A stretch of DNA of 35,513 bases from NCBI GenBank assembly GCA_902493085.1, contig CABUOH010000001.1, positions 1 through 35,513 of the forward strand, in the 5' to 3' direction. How positions within the stretch are numbered: position 1 is the first letter of the stretch; each line of letters opens with the position of its first letter. This document shows, piece by piece, positions 9,310-21,734 of the stretch. The DNA is from an uncultured Sutterella sp. (GTDB lineage: Bacteria; Pseudomonadota; Gammaproteobacteria; Burkholderiales; Burkholderiaceae_F). Under the pieces are notes generated by a model. That model had not been told where the DNA came from. It saw only the letters and a program-made list of their open reading frames with translations, and searched no databases. The position numbers and the translations under genes are program-made.

Positions 9310-9998
9310 GCAATTCCTACGAAAAACCTCTGACCGACGCAGAATTCGTCGAACTCGGCGAACTGCTTGCGGCCATGCCGGAACCGTTTGAGCCGATGGA
9401 GCCCGACTATATGGACGGCTTCTTGACCGCGCTCTTGTGCCTACCCGACGAGCCGTCGCCCGCCGACTGGATGCCCTACATCTTCGACTCTCAAGCCCGA
9501 AAGGATGCTGCGCTTACTGATCCGGACGAACAAGATCGCTTGGAAGAACTCATCTATCGCCGATACCGTTCAATTGACTCGACGCTTGCCCGTTGCCGCC
9601 CCGCCGACCCAATCATCTATGAAATCGAGGACAATCGCGGCCGTCCGATGCGCGGCGCCGACAGCGTCGCCGCCGTCATCCCGTTTGCACTCGGCTTCTC
9701 TGAAGTAATCAACCGTTGGGAAGGCCTCAAGGACAGCACGGATGATCGCATCAACGGCGCTCTGCTGGGCATTCTCCGCCACCTGCCGGATGACGTGGCC
9801 GGGGACCTGTCGGAAATCAAGGCAGAGCTCGATATGGAAAGTCCGATTGAAAACCTTGACCAGGCGTTGGAAGACATCGCTGAAAGCGTCGCGGAAATTG
9901 CGGCTGTCACCCGAGGCTTCGAAAAACAAGAGGAACCTCCCAAAAAGAAATTCCCACAGAAGAATCAGCGCCGCCAACAGGGCAGTCGCCGTCGTTGA
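9306..9998 (+). CDS. UPF0149/YecA-family protein lacking the SEC-C motif
   Basis: PLTDAEFVEL...MDGFLTAL...PSPADWMPYIF pattern; ATGA overlap with ptsI. Confidence 0.8.
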   Translation: MSNSYEKPLTDAEFVELGELLAAMPEPFEPMEPDYMDGFLTALLCLPDEPSPADWMPYIFDSQARKDAALTDPDEQDRLEELIYRRYRSIDSTLARCRPADPIIYEIEDNRGRPMRGADSVAAVIPFALGFSEVINRWEGLKDSTDDRINGALLGILRHLPDDVAGDLSEIKAELDMESPIENLDQALEDIAESVAEIAAVTRGFEKQEEPPKKKFPQKNQRRQQGSRRR

Positions 9999-10029
9999 CG
10001 CCAAGGTTGCCTCTGCATCCCTTTCTGCA

Positions 10030-11337
10030 TCAAGGCTCGCGGGCCTGCCTGCTTACCCACCAGACGAGCAGAATTACAGGTAGGCCCATTGATGCCGTCA
10101 AAAAAAAGAAATTCTGATAGCCGATCGCTTCGACCATTACGCCGGAAAAACCTGCGATGAACTTGGGTAAAAGCAGCATCAAGCTGCTGAAGAGAGCGTA
10201 CTGAGTCGCTGAGTAGGCTTTGTTTGTCAAGCTCGAAAGATAGGCAATGAAGGCCGCACTTGCGAGTCCGGCAGCCAGATTATCCGCCGATACCGTGAAG
10301 ATGAGAAATGCCACGCTGTGCCCAATACCTGCAAGCGCGGCAAAAAGAAGGTTGGTAACCGCCGCCAGAACCGCGCCTACAGCCATGGTCTTGAGAATCC
10401 CTAAGCGCATCGTTACAATGCCGCCGACAAAGGCGCCTGCAAGCGTCATCACGACGCCGAACACTTTGGAAACCGTTGCAATCTCCTCCTTGGTAAACCC
10501 AGCGTCCGAGTAGAAAGGATTGGCCATCACGCCCATGACGATGTCGGAGATGCGGTAGGTAGCGATCAAAAGCAGAATGCCCGCCGCCGCCCAACCAAAG
10601 CGCCTGAAGAAGTCTCGGAAGGGAGCAACGGCATTGAGTGCGATGCGCTCGGGCCATGGCAGACGCACATTCTCGGCGAGCTGAGGGGCCGCTTCGGGCT
10701 CCTTCACGAAGAATACCGTCAACACGCCCACACCCATGGAGCATGCCATGCCCAGATAAGCAAACTTCCAAGCGTGCGGGAAATAGCCCGTTTCACCACC
10801 GGCGCTCCAGGCCGCCAAAGCGAGCGTTCCCGCGCCGGCCCAGATCATTGCCAACCGGTAACCCGTCTGATACATGGCCGCGAGCACCGCTTGAAGCTTC
10901 GATTCGGCGGATTCAATCCGATACGCATCCAACGCTATATCCTGAGTTGCCGAAAAAAAAGCGCACGCAAGAGCAAAAAACATGATGCTCTTAAGATGAA
11001 ACTGGGGATCCGACACTGCCATGCCTGCCAGCGCCGCCATCACGCCCGCCTGAGAAAGGAGGAGCCATGAACGGCGACGTCCGAGCAGACGTCCGAGCAC
11101 TGGAATTTGCAACCTATCGACTACCGGCGCCCATACCCATTTGAAGCCGTAAACTAAGCCTATCCAGCTGAAGAAGCCTATGGTCTTCAAGTCCACGCCT
11201 GCTTCCCGAAGCCAAAAGCTGAGCGTTCCAAGAATAAGAAGCAAAGGCAGTCCCGAACTGAACCCCAGCAGGAACATCCTGACAGGTTGAGGCTTCAGGT
11301 ATACCTTGAAATCGGATATCAGCGCACTGATGTTCAT
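10030..11337 (-). CDS. ampG: Muropeptide MFS permease AmpG
   Basis: LGFSSGLP, FKWVWAPVVD, GRRRSW, SATQDIALDAYRIE, YSATQYALFSS. Confidence 0.95.
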   Translation of the reverse strand: MNISALISDFKVYLKPQPVRMFLLGFSSGLPLLLILGTLSFWLREAGVDLKTIGFFSWIGLVYGFKWVWAPVVDRLQIPVLGRLLGRRRSWLLLSQAGVMAALAGMAVSDPQFHLKSIMFFALACAFFSATQDIALDAYRIESAESKLQAVLAAMYQTGYRLAMIWAGAGTLALAAWSAGGETGYFPHAWKFAYLGMACSMGVGVLTVFFVKEPEAAPQLAENVRLPWPERIALNAVAPFRDFFRRFGWAAAGILLLIATYRISDIVMGVMANPFYSDAGFTKEEIATVSKVFGVVMTLAGAFVGGIVTMRLGILKTMAVGAVLAAVTNLLFAALAGIGHSVAFLIFTVSADNLAAGLASAAFIAYLSSLTNKAYSATQYALFSSLMLLLPKFIAGFSGVMVEAIGYQNFFFLTASMGLPVILLVWWVSRQAREP

Positions 11338-11404
11338 AGAAATTCAGCGCGGAAATCTCCGTCTATAACGGGAGAGAAAGCGCCGTTCGCCTTTCGCAGT
11401 TCAG

Positions 11405-12094
11405 TTAAACCAGATCGCTTTTTGTCAACCATGTCCACTCACCCGGCTTTAGGGTCTCGGGCATTACGTAGAGACCAAAAGCGGAGCGATGAAGGCCGTC
11501 GCATCGATTGGAACAAGCTGCGATCATGCGCTTGACCTGATGATATTTGCCCTGCACGAGCGTCATGCGAAGATGATGCTCATCAAGGATTTCCACATTC
11601 TTGGCGGCCACAGGCTTGGGGTCATCGTCAAGCACGACACCCGTCATGAGCTTTTCACGCGTCTTTTCATCCACGGGATGACGGCAGACGACGTCATAGA
11701 CCTTCGAGACGTGACGCTTGGGATGAATGAGACGATGCTGCAATGCACCGTCGTCCGTGAAGATCAGCACGCCGGTCGTGTCGACGTCAAGCCGGCCGAC
11801 GGGCTGCATATTGCGGCGACGAAGCGGACTCGGCAACAACGTCATGACGGACGGGTGAGCAGAAGGTTTCATCGAACATTCATAGCCAGACGGCTTGTGG
11901 AGCGCAATAATTGCCTTCTCATGATAGGGCCAATCGCTTCCCAAGCAACGAAAAACGAGTCCGTCGAGCTCAACGTCCTCGTCCGGATCGTCATGAACGA
12001 CGCCGGCAATTTCAACAGCACCAGAAGCCACCATTGCCGTGCAGTCGTAACGCGTACCGAAGCCTTGTGAAAAAAGCACATCTTTGAGCAGCAT
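11405..12094 (-). CDS. rsuA: RsuA-family rRNA pseudouridine synthase
   Basis: S4-like N-terminus, HKPSGY, VGRLDVDTTG (catalytic Asp), GKYHQVKRM. Confidence 0.88.
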   Translation of the reverse strand: MLLKDVLFSQGFGTRYDCTAMVASGAVEIAGVVHDDPDEDVELDGLVFRCLGSDWPYHEKAIIALHKPSGYECSMKPSAHPSVMTLLPSPLRRRNMQPVGRLDVDTTGVLIFTDDGALQHRLIHPKRHVSKVYDVVCRHPVDEKTREKLMTGVVLDDDPKPVAAKNVEILDEHHLRMTLVQGKYHQVKRMIAACSNRCDGLHRSAFGLYVMPETLKPGEWTWLTKSDLV

Positions 12095-12097
12095 TCG

Positions 12098-12880
12098 TCA
12101 ATTCTCTAAAACAAAGTCATAGTCGATGGTAAGGGGCGCGTGGTCTGAAAACTTCTCGTCTGGATAAATCGACGCCGCTCGGGCGGAGGTCGCCACATTT
12201 TCAGTGGCCAGATGATAGTCGATGCGCCAACCAACATTCTTGGCGCGGGCCTGCCCTCGGTGGCTCCACCACGTGTACTGCTCGGGTCTTGCATCGACAA
12301 GACGGAAAACATCGCACCAACCATGGTTCTCGAAAAGATCCGTCAACCACTGCCGCTCTTCGGGAAGGAAGCCCGAATTTTTGACGTTTCCCTTCCAATT
12401 CTTGAGGTCAATCTCCTTGTGGGCAATGTTCACGTCGCCGCAAAGAATGATGCGTCTGCCGGAGGCCTTGAGTTCATCCAAGTGCTTCAAAAAGGAATCC
12501 AGAAAGCGAAATTTCGCCTCCTGCCTCTCCTCCGAAGAGGATCCTGACGGAAAATAGCAGGAAATGACGCTTAAATGACCGAAAATCGCCTCAACATAGC
12601 GACCCTCAGCATCAAACTCGGGATCCCCGAATCCGTACCGAATCTCATCCGGCTTTAGACGACACCAAATGCCGCAACCGGAATAACCTTTCTTCTGCGC
12701 ACAGTGGAAGAATGCGTGATAGCCAGGAAGTTCAGCCACTTCGGCGGGGATATCTCCCTCCTGAGCCTTGAGTTCTTGAATGCAGAGCACGTCCGCATCC
12801 TGATCCAAGAACCACTTGAAGAAACCTTTGGTCAGTGCCGAACGCACGCCGTTGGCATTAAAAGTCACGATACGGAACAT
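12098..12880 (-). CDS. xth: Exodeoxyribonuclease III / AP endonuclease
   Basis: NANGVRS, CIQELK, GDVNIAH, YTWWS, GWRIDY, SDHAP. Confidence 0.95.
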   Translation of the reverse strand: MFRIVTFNANGVRSALTKGFFKWFLDQDADVLCIQELKAQEGDIPAEVAELPGYHAFFHCAQKKGYSGCGIWCRLKPDEIRYGFGDPEFDAEGRYVEAIFGHLSVISCYFPSGSSSEERQEAKFRFLDSFLKHLDELKASGRRIILCGDVNIAHKEIDLKNWKGNVKNSGFLPEERQWLTDLFENHGWCDVFRLVDARPEQYTWWSHRGQARAKNVGWRIDYHLATENVATSARAASIYPDEKFSDHAPLTIDYDFVLEN

Positions 12881-12995
12881 CGGAGTCCTTTAGAAACAAG
12901 ATTTGCAGAGCTAAGGATACCGAGGTTTAGCAGTACAATGCCACACAATCCCGCGAGGTCGTGCGACCTCTTTTTTCCTTATTGAAAAAACAGTC

Positions 12996-13673
12996 ATGCA
13001 ACCGATTCAAGAACAGTTCATCGAATTCGCTCTGCAAGCCAACGTCCTTCGCTTCGGCGAGTTCAAAACCAAGGCCGGCCGTCTCTCCCCGTACTTTTTT
13101 AATGCCGGCCTCTTCAACACCGGCGCCCTGCTTGATCGTCTCGGCGAGTTTTACGCAAAGACGCTTCTGGAGACTCGCAATTCCGGCCGCATCGAGTTCG
13201 ACATGATCTTCGGCCCGGCCTACAAAGGCATCCCGCTGGCCGCCTCCGTGGCCATGAACCTTGCGCGCCTCGGCTGTGACGTACCCTGGGCCTTCAACCG
13301 AAAGGAGGCCAAGGATCATGGGGAAGGCGGTGTGATTGTCGGCGCTCCACTCCAGGGCAAGGTCGTAATCATCGACGATGTGATCTCTGCGGGCACTTCC
13401 GTGCGTGAATCCGTCAAGATCATTCAGGCCAACGGTGCCGTGCCTTCCGGCGTGCTGATTGCCCTTGATCGACAGGAACGTGGCGGAAACGCCGTTGACA
13501 TGACGGAAACTTCCGCCGTCCAAGACGTCGAAAAGACCCTCGGCATGAACGTCGCCTCCATCATCTGCCTCAACGATCTTCTGGCCTTCATGGACGGCGA
13601 GACGGACATGGCCAGAGCCGTCTCCTCCCACAAGGCAGCCGTGGCTGCCTACCGCACTCGCTACGGCGCCTGA
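12996..13673 (+). CDS. pyrE: Orotate phosphoribosyltransferase
   Basis: [40 protein letters not shown]. Confidence 0.97.
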   Translation: MQPIQEQFIEFALQANVLRFGEFKTKAGRLSPYFFNAGLFNTGALLDRLGEFYAKTLLETRNSGRIEFDMIFGPAYKGIPLAASVAMNLARLGCDVPWAFNRKEAKDHGEGGVIVGAPLQGKVVIIDDVISAGTSVRESVKIIQANGAVPSGVLIALDRQERGGNAVDMTETSAVQDVEKTLGMNVASIICLNDLLAFMDGETDMARAVSSHKAAVAAYRTRYGA

Positions 13674-13704
13674 ACAGCGCGTTGAGCACTCTTTTGCAGG
13701 TAAC

Positions 13705-13740
13705 AAAAAAAGGAATCGCCTTCTGACGATTCCTTTTTTT
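13705..13740. terminator. Bidirectional intrinsic terminator between convergent pyrE and gatB
   Basis: AAAAAAAGGAATCG-ccttctga-CGATTCCTTTTTTT perfect inverted repeat with a U tract on both strands. Confidence 0.88.
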
Positions 13741-13751
13741 CATTAACCTCG

Positions 13752-15203
13752 TCAAGCATTGAGCTTCTGACGAAGGATTTCATTGACTTGGGCAGGATTC
13801 GCCTTTCCGCGCGTCGCCTTCATGCACTGCCCGACGAGGGCATTGAAAGCCTTTTGTTTGCCTGCACGGAACTCGTCAACCGACTTCTGGTTGGCCGCGA
13901 TCACTTCATCAATGATGCCCTCAAGCGCACCCGTATCCGAAATTTGCTTCAACCCCTTGCCCTCGATGAGAGCATCAACGTCGGCACCCTCACCATCCCA
14001 GACAGCCGCAAAAATCTGCTTGGCGCCCTTCTGATTTACAGTATTGTCGAGCACGCGACCAAGAATAGCGGCAAGAATGTCGGGCGTTACGGGAGCTTTG
14101 CTGAAGGTCATGCCCTCAACGCCGTTGACGGCAGCAGAGAGTTCGCCCATGACCCAATTTGCCGCCATCTTACGGTCAGAAACCTTGTTGGCGAGCGCAA
14201 CATAATAATCAGCAATGTCTCGACTCGCGGTCAACATCGATGCATCATACTGCGGCAGACCGAATTCGGACTGCAATCGCTCACAGAGCTGATGCGGGAG
14301 TTCAGGCATTTCGCCACGAACCCGTTCAATCCAGTCATCGCTGATTTCGAGCGGGAGAAGGTCAGGATCCGGGAAATAGCGATAATCCATCGAATCTTCT
14401 TTCGTGCGCATCTGACGCGTCTCGCCCTTGTCCGGATCATAGAGACGCGTAGCCTGAACCACTGTGCCACCGTCCTCGATGAGTTCAATCTGACGACGAA
14501 CTTCGTAGTCAATAGCCTCCTGCAGGAAACGGAAGGAATTCAGATTCTTGATTTCACAGCGAGTGCCGAACTCCTTCTGGCCAACCGGACGTACAGACAC
14601 ATTGGCGTCACAGCGGAAGTTGCCCTCCTGCATATTGCCGTCCGAGATCCCCAACCAGACCACCAGTGCATGGAGCGCACGAGCATAACCGACAGCTTCG
14701 GCTGCGGAACGCATTTCCGGCTCCGTCACAATCTCAAGAAGCGGAGTGCCGGCACGATTGAGGTCAATGCCGGAGCATCCTTGAAGCAGACCGTGAATAG
14801 ACTTGCCTGCGTCCTCCTCTAGATGAGCGCGCGTCAGGTTGACGGTTTTGACGTACGGATCCCCTTTTTTGGGCTGAACCGGAAAAGTCAACTTGCCGCC
14901 AACAACAACCGGGAGCTCGAACTGGCTGATCTGATAGCCCTTGGGCAAATCCGGATAAAAATAGTTCTTGCGGTCAAAAACCGAATGATTGGCGACGGTC
15001 GCATCAATGGCAAGACCAAAACGGATGGCTTTTTCAACGGCACTGTGGTTGAGCACCGGCAAGCTACCTGGGAGAGCCAAATCCACATAGCAGGCGTTGA
15101 CATTGGGTTCATCGCCGAAATGGCGGGCTGCGCCTGAAAAAATCTTGGAGCGGGTCGAGAGCTGAACGTGCGTCTCAAGACCGATCACAACTTCCCACTG
15201 CAT
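13752..15203 (-). CDS. gatB: Asp/Glu-tRNA amidotransferase subunit B
   Basis: [43 protein letters not shown]. Confidence 0.98.
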   Translation of the reverse strand: MQWEVVIGLETHVQLSTRSKIFSGAARHFGDEPNVNACYVDLALPGSLPVLNHSAVEKAIRFGLAIDATVANHSVFDRKNYFYPDLPKGYQISQFELPVVVGGKLTFPVQPKKGDPYVKTVNLTRAHLEEDAGKSIHGLLQGCSGIDLNRAGTPLLEIVTEPEMRSAAEAVGYARALHALVVWLGISDGNMQEGNFRCDANVSVRPVGQKEFGTRCEIKNLNSFRFLQEAIDYEVRRQIELIEDGGTVVQATRLYDPDKGETRQMRTKEDSMDYRYFPDPDLLPLEISDDWIERVRGEMPELPHQLCERLQSEFGLPQYDASMLTASRDIADYYVALANKVSDRKMAANWVMGELSAAVNGVEGMTFSKAPVTPDILAAILGRVLDNTVNQKGAKQIFAAVWDGEGADVDALIEGKGLKQISDTGALEGIIDEVIAANQKSVDEFRAGKQKAFNALVGQCMKATRGKANPAQVNEILRQKLNA

Positions 15204-15223
15204 GTTTTATTTCTCCTGAGACC

Positions 15224-16684
15224 TCAATAACCAGCCGGATGGCGAAGATGCCAATCCGTTTCCCGTTGCCAGGCAGCTGCAACTCCAAGCAAGCGCGCTT
15301 CACTGAACGTTTCCCCGAGCAACTGAAAGCCCAAGGGGCGGCCGTTGGAATGGATGCCGCACGGCACTGAAATACCCGGCAGGCCCGCGAGAGAGGCGGG
15401 AATGGTGTAGAGATCGGACAAATAGGCCGAAACAGGATCGGCGTTGGCGCCAAAATCATAAGCAGTCCCGACCGTCACGGGACTGATGATCACGTCAACC
15501 TTCTTGAAGGTTTCGTGGAATTCCTTGGCAATCAGGCGACGAACCTTCTGGGCCTTCAGATAGTACGCGTCGTAGTAGCCATGCGAAAGCACATACGTAC
15601 CGATCATGATGCGGCGCTTCGGTTCGGCGCCGAAGCCCTCATTGCGGGACTTCTTGATCATGTCCACGATGTCCGCGTACTCTGCAGCGCGATGACCATA
15701 TCGAACACCGTCAAATCGCGACAAATTTGAACTGGCTTCAGCACAGGCCACGACATAATAGACGGGCACGCCGAGTTCGGCCATCGGCAACTCAATATCG
15801 ACGATTTCCGCCCCCAAGCGACGATACGTTCCAATCGCCTCCTCGATGGAGGCACGAAGCTCGGAATCAAGTCCTTCGCCGAGCCACTTGCGAGGCACGC
15901 CGATGCGCAGGCCGGCCACGCCGTCGTTGAGGTGTCGCTTGAAGTCTTCGGCAGGCTTGTTGACAGACGTGGAGTCCTTCGGATCAAACCCGACCATGCT
16001 GCCGAGCACCCAGGCGCAGTCCTCAGCCGAGTGACCAAGAAGGCCGGCAGTATCGAGCGAAGAAGCAAAGGCGATCATGCCGAGGCGGGACGGACGGCCA
16101 TAAGTGGGCTTCATCCCCGTCACGCCGGTGAAGCTGGCCGGTTCACGAATGGAGCCGCCGGTATCGGTACCGGTGACAATCGGGGCCAGCCCCGCAGCCA
16201 CTGCACTCGAGGAACCCCCGGAAGACCCCCCGGGCACGGCATTGCAATCCCAAGGATTGAACACTTTGCCGTAGGCCGAATTTTCATTACCGGACCCCAT
16301 GGCAAACTCATCGCAATTGAGCTTGCCAAGGCAGACCATGCCCTCATCCTTGAGCTTGCGAACGACCGTGGCGTCAAAGGGGCTCATGTAGCCCTCGAGC
16401 ATGCGGCTCGCCGCAGTGGAAGCCCATTCGCGGGTAACAAAAATGTCCTTGTGCGCAATGGGAATGCCGGTAAGCGGCGTGGCCGTGCCTGCGGCGATCC
16501 GCTCATCGGCCCTGCGAGCCTGTTCAAGGGTGACTTCCGGGCGAACGTCAAGGAAGGCGTTGAGATTCTGATGAGCCTCTATGCGGGCCAGATAATGTTG
16601 GGCAAGTTCGACCGCTGAAACTTCACGGGCGGCCAGCATTCGGGACAGTTCGGCCACCGAAGCGAAAGTAATGTCCTTTTCCAT
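15224..16684 (-). CDS. gatA: Asp/Glu-tRNA amidotransferase subunit A
   Basis: Amidase signature [33 protein letters not shown]. Confidence 0.98.
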   Translation of the reverse strand: MEKDITFASVAELSRMLAAREVSAVELAQHYLARIEAHQNLNAFLDVRPEVTLEQARRADERIAAGTATPLTGIPIAHKDIFVTREWASTAASRMLEGYMSPFDATVVRKLKDEGMVCLGKLNCDEFAMGSGNENSAYGKVFNPWDCNAVPGGSSGGSSSAVAAGLAPIVTGTDTGGSIREPASFTGVTGMKPTYGRPSRLGMIAFASSLDTAGLLGHSAEDCAWVLGSMVGFDPKDSTSVNKPAEDFKRHLNDGVAGLRIGVPRKWLGEGLDSELRASIEEAIGTYRRLGAEIVDIELPMAELGVPVYYVVACAEASSNLSRFDGVRYGHRAAEYADIVDMIKKSRNEGFGAEPKRRIMIGTYVLSHGYYDAYYLKAQKVRRLIAKEFHETFKKVDVIISPVTVGTAYDFGANADPVSAYLSDLYTIPASLAGLPGISVPCGIHSNGRPLGFQLLGETFSEARLLGVAAAWQRETDWHLRHPAGY

Positions 16685-16699
16685 TTCCTGCTCGTTCGA

Positions 16700-16987
16700 T
16701 TATTCAATGACCTGAGGCACCAAGAAGCAACCTTCCGCCTGCTCCGGCGCATTCTTCATGTTTTCGCTGCGGTTCACTTCTTCCGAGACGACGTCATCAC
16801 GCAGACGCTGAACGCCGTCGTGAGGATTGGGCATGGGAGCAATGCCCGTCGTATCCACGGAGCTGATGCGTTCGATCATCTGAAAAATATCGTTAAGCTC
16901 GCCCTGAACGATCCTGGCCTGCTCATCGGAAATGTCAATACGGCCAAGGTCGGCAATACGGCGAATGTCGTCCATCGTAAGGGACAT
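16700..16987 (-). CDS. gatC: Asp/Glu-tRNA amidotransferase subunit C
   Basis: 95 aa; LRDD...NAP...FLVPQVIE; upstream of gatA. Confidence 0.95.
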   Translation of the reverse strand: MSLTMDDIRRIADLGRIDISDEQARIVQGELNDIFQMIERISSVDTTGIAPMPNPHDGVQRLRDDVVSEEVNRSENMKNAPEQAEGCFLVPQVIE

Positions 16988-17137
16988 AGTCGTGCTTCTC
17001 TTATGCGGTTTAAATTCGAGGAATTGCTTCGTTCCCGAGGAGGAATCTTTTTAAGCTTTGAAACACTCAAACACAAGAGAGCAAAGCTCGCGAGCCGATT
17101 TCATACTCCAGCGGGCGATCAGTTAGTTTATCATTAA

Positions 17138-18295
<1,158 letters not shown>

Positions 18296-18379
18296 CCGAC
18301 TCCCGGACTGCGCCTGAGGGATCGTCCCGAGCGCAATGTATGTTTCACTCGAAGGCAAGAATCCCGAGGACTGATCTTC

Positions 18380-19273
18380 ATGGAATACGGCCCGCCACCA
18401 CTCTTCAGACAGGGCATTTCTGCACGAGTCAGATTTTTGTTCTTCGTTCTGATCTGCGTCATTCTCATCTTGGTCGACGGGCGCCTGCGGTCACTCGACA
18501 ATTTTCGCAGCGCGGTGATCCGCTTTACCACCCCCATGGTGCATTTCGCCACCCTTCCCATCACATTGCTCGGCGAGGGCGAAGGATATTTCATCAGCAA
18601 AGTCAAGCTCAAGACCGCCAACGACCAGCTGCTCGAAAACAATCAGAAGCTCTCGCTCGAAGTCGCGCGCCTGCGTGAAATGCGCGAGGAAAACGAACGT
18701 CTTCGACAACTCGTCAACGCTGTTCCGCGTGGAGCCGACCGCGTAGTCACGGGCGAAGTGCTCGGCCGCGTCTCCGATCAGTTCACACGCCGTCTTCAGA
18801 TCAATCTCGGGGAAAAGAGCGGCATCATGCAAGGCATGCCCGTCATCGGTGCCTTCGGCATTTTGGGACAGATCACGCGCGTGGCTGCCACACAATCCGA
18901 AATCACCCTCATCACAGATCATCGCCAACGCATCGCAGTCATGAACGAGCGCACGGGCGAACGATACATTCTGGCGGGAACGGGAGAAGAGTTGATGGAC
19001 CTGCTCTTCGTGCAGCCGTCCGCCGACATCAAGGGCGGCGACCGACTGGTTACTTCGGGACTCGACAAAATCTTTCCCAGGCAGATCATGGTGGGCACCG
19101 TAAACGAAACCCTTCACAAACCCGGGGAAACCTACATGGCTGTATCGGTCATTCCTAGCGTCGAACTCGAGGACATCCAGTTTGCCACGGTCATTTTGAC
19201 AAATCCCAACGTCACGTCCGTCTTTGACAAGAAGGAGCAAGACGGCACCATCAGGCGCAGGGCCGGACGATGA
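18380..19273 (+). CDS. mreC: Rod shape-determining protein
   Basis: PPPLFRQG N-terminus, TM plus coiled coil, LVTSGLD..FP. Confidence 0.93.
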   Translation: MEYGPPPLFRQGISARVRFLFFVLICVILILVDGRLRSLDNFRSAVIRFTTPMVHFATLPITLLGEGEGYFISKVKLKTANDQLLENNQKLSLEVARLREMREENERLRQLVNAVPRGADRVVTGEVLGRVSDQFTRRLQINLGEKSGIMQGMPVIGAFGILGQITRVAATQSEITLITDHRQRIAVMNERTGERYILAGTGEELMDLLFVQPSADIKGGDRLVTSGLDKIFPRQIMVGTVNETLHKPGETYMAVSVIPSVELEDIQFATVILTNPNVTSVFDKKEQDGTIRRRAGR

Positions 19274-19809
19274 AGCAGTACAAAACCCTAGACTTGAACG
19301 ACGGCCGCGGGGGAGAGCACATTCAAACCCGGGCCCGCCCCCTATGGATCGTCTGCACGTTTCTGATCAGCTACCTGTTCAATCTGGCAGGCTCGACGGC
19401 GAACGTCCTCTGGCTCCCCGATCCGTTGGCACTCACGCTCATTTATTGGACCATCCATCATCCGCGGCACGTCGGCATGACCATCGCATTCATCTGCGGC
19501 CTTCTCATGGATGTGCAAAACGGCAGCGTGCTCGGCCAGCAGGCACTGGCCTACGTCATTCTGTCCTTCTCAGCCTATTCGCTGCACCGCAGACTGCCTT
19601 GGTTCGGTCTATTCGGCCAGGCGCTCCACATTCTGCCCCTTCTTCTAGTTTCGCAGATCGTTGTTCTGATGATCCGTCTGTGGTTTGACGGCCTATGGCC
19701 CGGTCTTCCCTGGTTCCTGCAGAGCTTCACGAGCGCCGCCTTGTGGCCGGCTGCCTCTCTCATGCTCTCTCTGCCGGAGAGACGATCGCTCGAACGAGAG
19801 TCGGCATAA
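19270..19809 (+). CDS. mreD: Rod shape-determining protein
   Basis: Hydrophobic; PD..AL.L.YW, GLLMDV, LGQQALAY. Confidence 0.92.
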   Translation: MKQYKTLDLNDGRGGEHIQTRARPLWIVCTFLISYLFNLAGSTANVLWLPDPLALTLIYWTIHHPRHVGMTIAFICGLLMDVQNGSVLGQQALAYVILSFSAYSLHRRLPWFGLFGQALHILPLLLVSQIVVLMIRLWFDGLWPGLPWFLQSFTSAALWPAASLMLSLPERRSLERESA

Positions 19810-19824
19810 GGGAGAATCGGCAAG

Positions 19825-21720
19825 GTGGCTCTGGACTTCAAGCAAGTCGACGCGGACCTAGGTCCCTTCAGAAAGCGTCTGCTCTTCGTTTTTTTTCTGG
19901 TGATCGTACTCTTCTGCGTTCTGATCGGACGCTTTGCATGGCTTCAGATCATCAACAAGAACGCCTACAAGGAACGTGCGGAGAAAAACCGCACGGTCAC
20001 CGTCGTGTCTCAAGCCGCCCGCGGCCTCATCTACGATCGAAACGGCCAGCTGCTCGCCAAGAACATCCTGGCCTACTCTCTGGAAATCACGCCGGACAAG
20101 GTATCCGATGTTGCCCAAACCATCGACGCACTCTCGGAGATCATCCCTATTACGACGGCGGACCGCCGCCGCTTCGTCCGCCTGCGCGAAGATCTCAATC
20201 GCTACGACTCCATACCGATTCGTCAGGAGCTAACCGACGAGGAAGTCGCCGTCTTCACCGGACAACAGTGGAGATTTCCGGGCGTCGAAATCAACCAACG
20301 CGAATACCGCGTGTATCCGAACGGCGCCGTAGGCAGTCACATTCTCGGCTACATCGGTTCGCTTTCACAGTCGGACAAGAAACGCCTGATCAGCGAAGGC
20401 CTCATTGACGACTATGAAGGCGAACGCGTCATCGGCAAAGTCGGCATTGAGCGCAGCTACGAAAACATCCTGCACGGCATCCCCGGTCACGAAACGCTTG
20501 AAATCACGGCGGGCGGCCACGCCGTGCGCTCGCTAGCCTTCGAGCCGCCGAAGGCAGGCAAGAACCTGCAGCTGACGATCGACATGAACCTTCAGCGTGT
20601 CGCGGAAAACGCCATGAAGGGGAAGGTAGGCGCCATCATCGCGATTCAACCCAAGACTGGTGAGATCCTCTCCTTCGTCTCCATGCCGACCTATGATCCG
20701 AACCTCTTCCCGGGCGGCATCGACCCGAAGTCCTGGTCTCAGCTCAACACTGCCGAAACCAAGCCTCTTCTCAACCGCGCCATGAGAGGCCTCTACCCGA
20801 TCGGCTCGACGTACAAGCCGTTTGTCGCGCTTGCCGGTCTCGAAACCGGAGCTACGACGGCGGACTTCATCCTCGACGACACCGGCGTCTTCACGCTCGG
20901 CAAGCACAGATTCCGCGACATGAGCGGCGTTCCCAAAGGCAGGCTTGATCTGCGCAAATCAATCGCCGTTTCGTCCGACGTTTACTACTACTGGCTCGCC
21001 ACCCGCATGGGCGTCGACACCATCCATGACTTCATGGTGCCGTGGGGCTTCGGCCAGAAAACCGGAATTGATCTGGTGGGCGAACAAACCGGCCTATTGC
21101 CCAGCCGTGAATGGAAGGAGGCCCGCATCAAGCAGCCTTGGATGATCGGCGACACGCCGTCGATAGGCATAGGACAAGGCTACAACGCCTTTACACTTCT
21201 GCAGCTTGCACACGCCACGTCTACGCTGGCCAACCGCGGCATCGTGATGACACCTCACCTTGTCAAGCGAATCACGGACCCATCCACAAATGTGATTGAA
21301 GACGTCCCCGTCAAGCCCGCCACGGTCATTCCTCTCAAGCCTAAAAACGTCGAAACTGTGATTGCCGGCATGACGGATGTCGCCACCAAAGGCACGGCTC
21401 GCTTCGTCTTCAAAGGCGTGCCCTACACCGTTGCCTGCAAAACAGGCACCGCACAGGTTGTCACCATTGCTCAGGACGACAAGTACGACGCTAAGAAACT
21501 GGCCAGGAAACACCACGACCACGCGCTTTTCATTGCCTTTGCACCGGCCCGGAACCCGCGCATAGCGCTTGCCGTGCTAGTTGAAAACGGCGGCTTCGGC
21601 GCCCAGGCCGCCGCGCCCGTCGCACGCCAACTCATTGACTACTGGCTCACCGGCGCAAATTCGCTCGACCTTCCGCCGCCGAAGGGTGTTCCTCTCATCA
21701 CGCAACGGCGCAACCGCTGA
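19825..21720 (+). CDS. mrdA: Penicillin-binding protein 2
   Basis: RGLIYDRNG, STYK (SxxK), SSD (SxD, typical of PBP2), KTGTAQ; GTG start with GGGAGA RBS. Confidence 0.95.
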   Translation: MALDFKQVDADLGPFRKRLLFVFFLVIVLFCVLIGRFAWLQIINKNAYKERAEKNRTVTVVSQAARGLIYDRNGQLLAKNILAYSLEITPDKVSDVAQTIDALSEIIPITTADRRRFVRLREDLNRYDSIPIRQELTDEEVAVFTGQQWRFPGVEINQREYRVYPNGAVGSHILGYIGSLSQSDKKRLISEGLIDDYEGERVIGKVGIERSYENILHGIPGHETLEITAGGHAVRSLAFEPPKAGKNLQLTIDMNLQRVAENAMKGKVGAIIAIQPKTGEILSFVSMPTYDPNLFPGGIDPKSWSQLNTAETKPLLNRAMRGLYPIGSTYKPFVALAGLETGATTADFILDDTGVFTLGKHRFRDMSGVPKGRLDLRKSIAVSSDVYYYWLATRMGVDTIHDFMVPWGFGQKTGIDLVGEQTGLLPSREWKEARIKQPWMIGDTPSIGIGQGYNAFTLLQLAHATSTLANRGIVMTPHLVKRITDPSTNVIEDVPVKPATVIPLKPKNVETVIAGMTDVATKGTARFVFKGVPYTVACKTGTAQVVTIAQDDKYDAKKLARKHHDHALFIAFAPARNPRIALAVLVENGGFGAQAAAPVARQLIDYWLTGANSLDLPPPKGVPLITQRRNR

Positions 21721-21734
21721 GGAGCGCTCTTGAC

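Noticed and set aside
11077..11099. Tandem repeat ACGTCCGAGCA x2
   Set aside because: Encodes LGRL-LGRR in AmpG; only two copies, with no array structure.
13788..14822. 344-aa plus-strand ORF
   Set aside because: Antisense shadow of gatB with no recognisable motifs; expected in GC-rich DNA.
18341..18356. parS half-site TGTTTCAC in the mreB-mreC gap
   Set aside because: The second half is not palindromic (11/16 overall), which is insufficient without ParB binding data.
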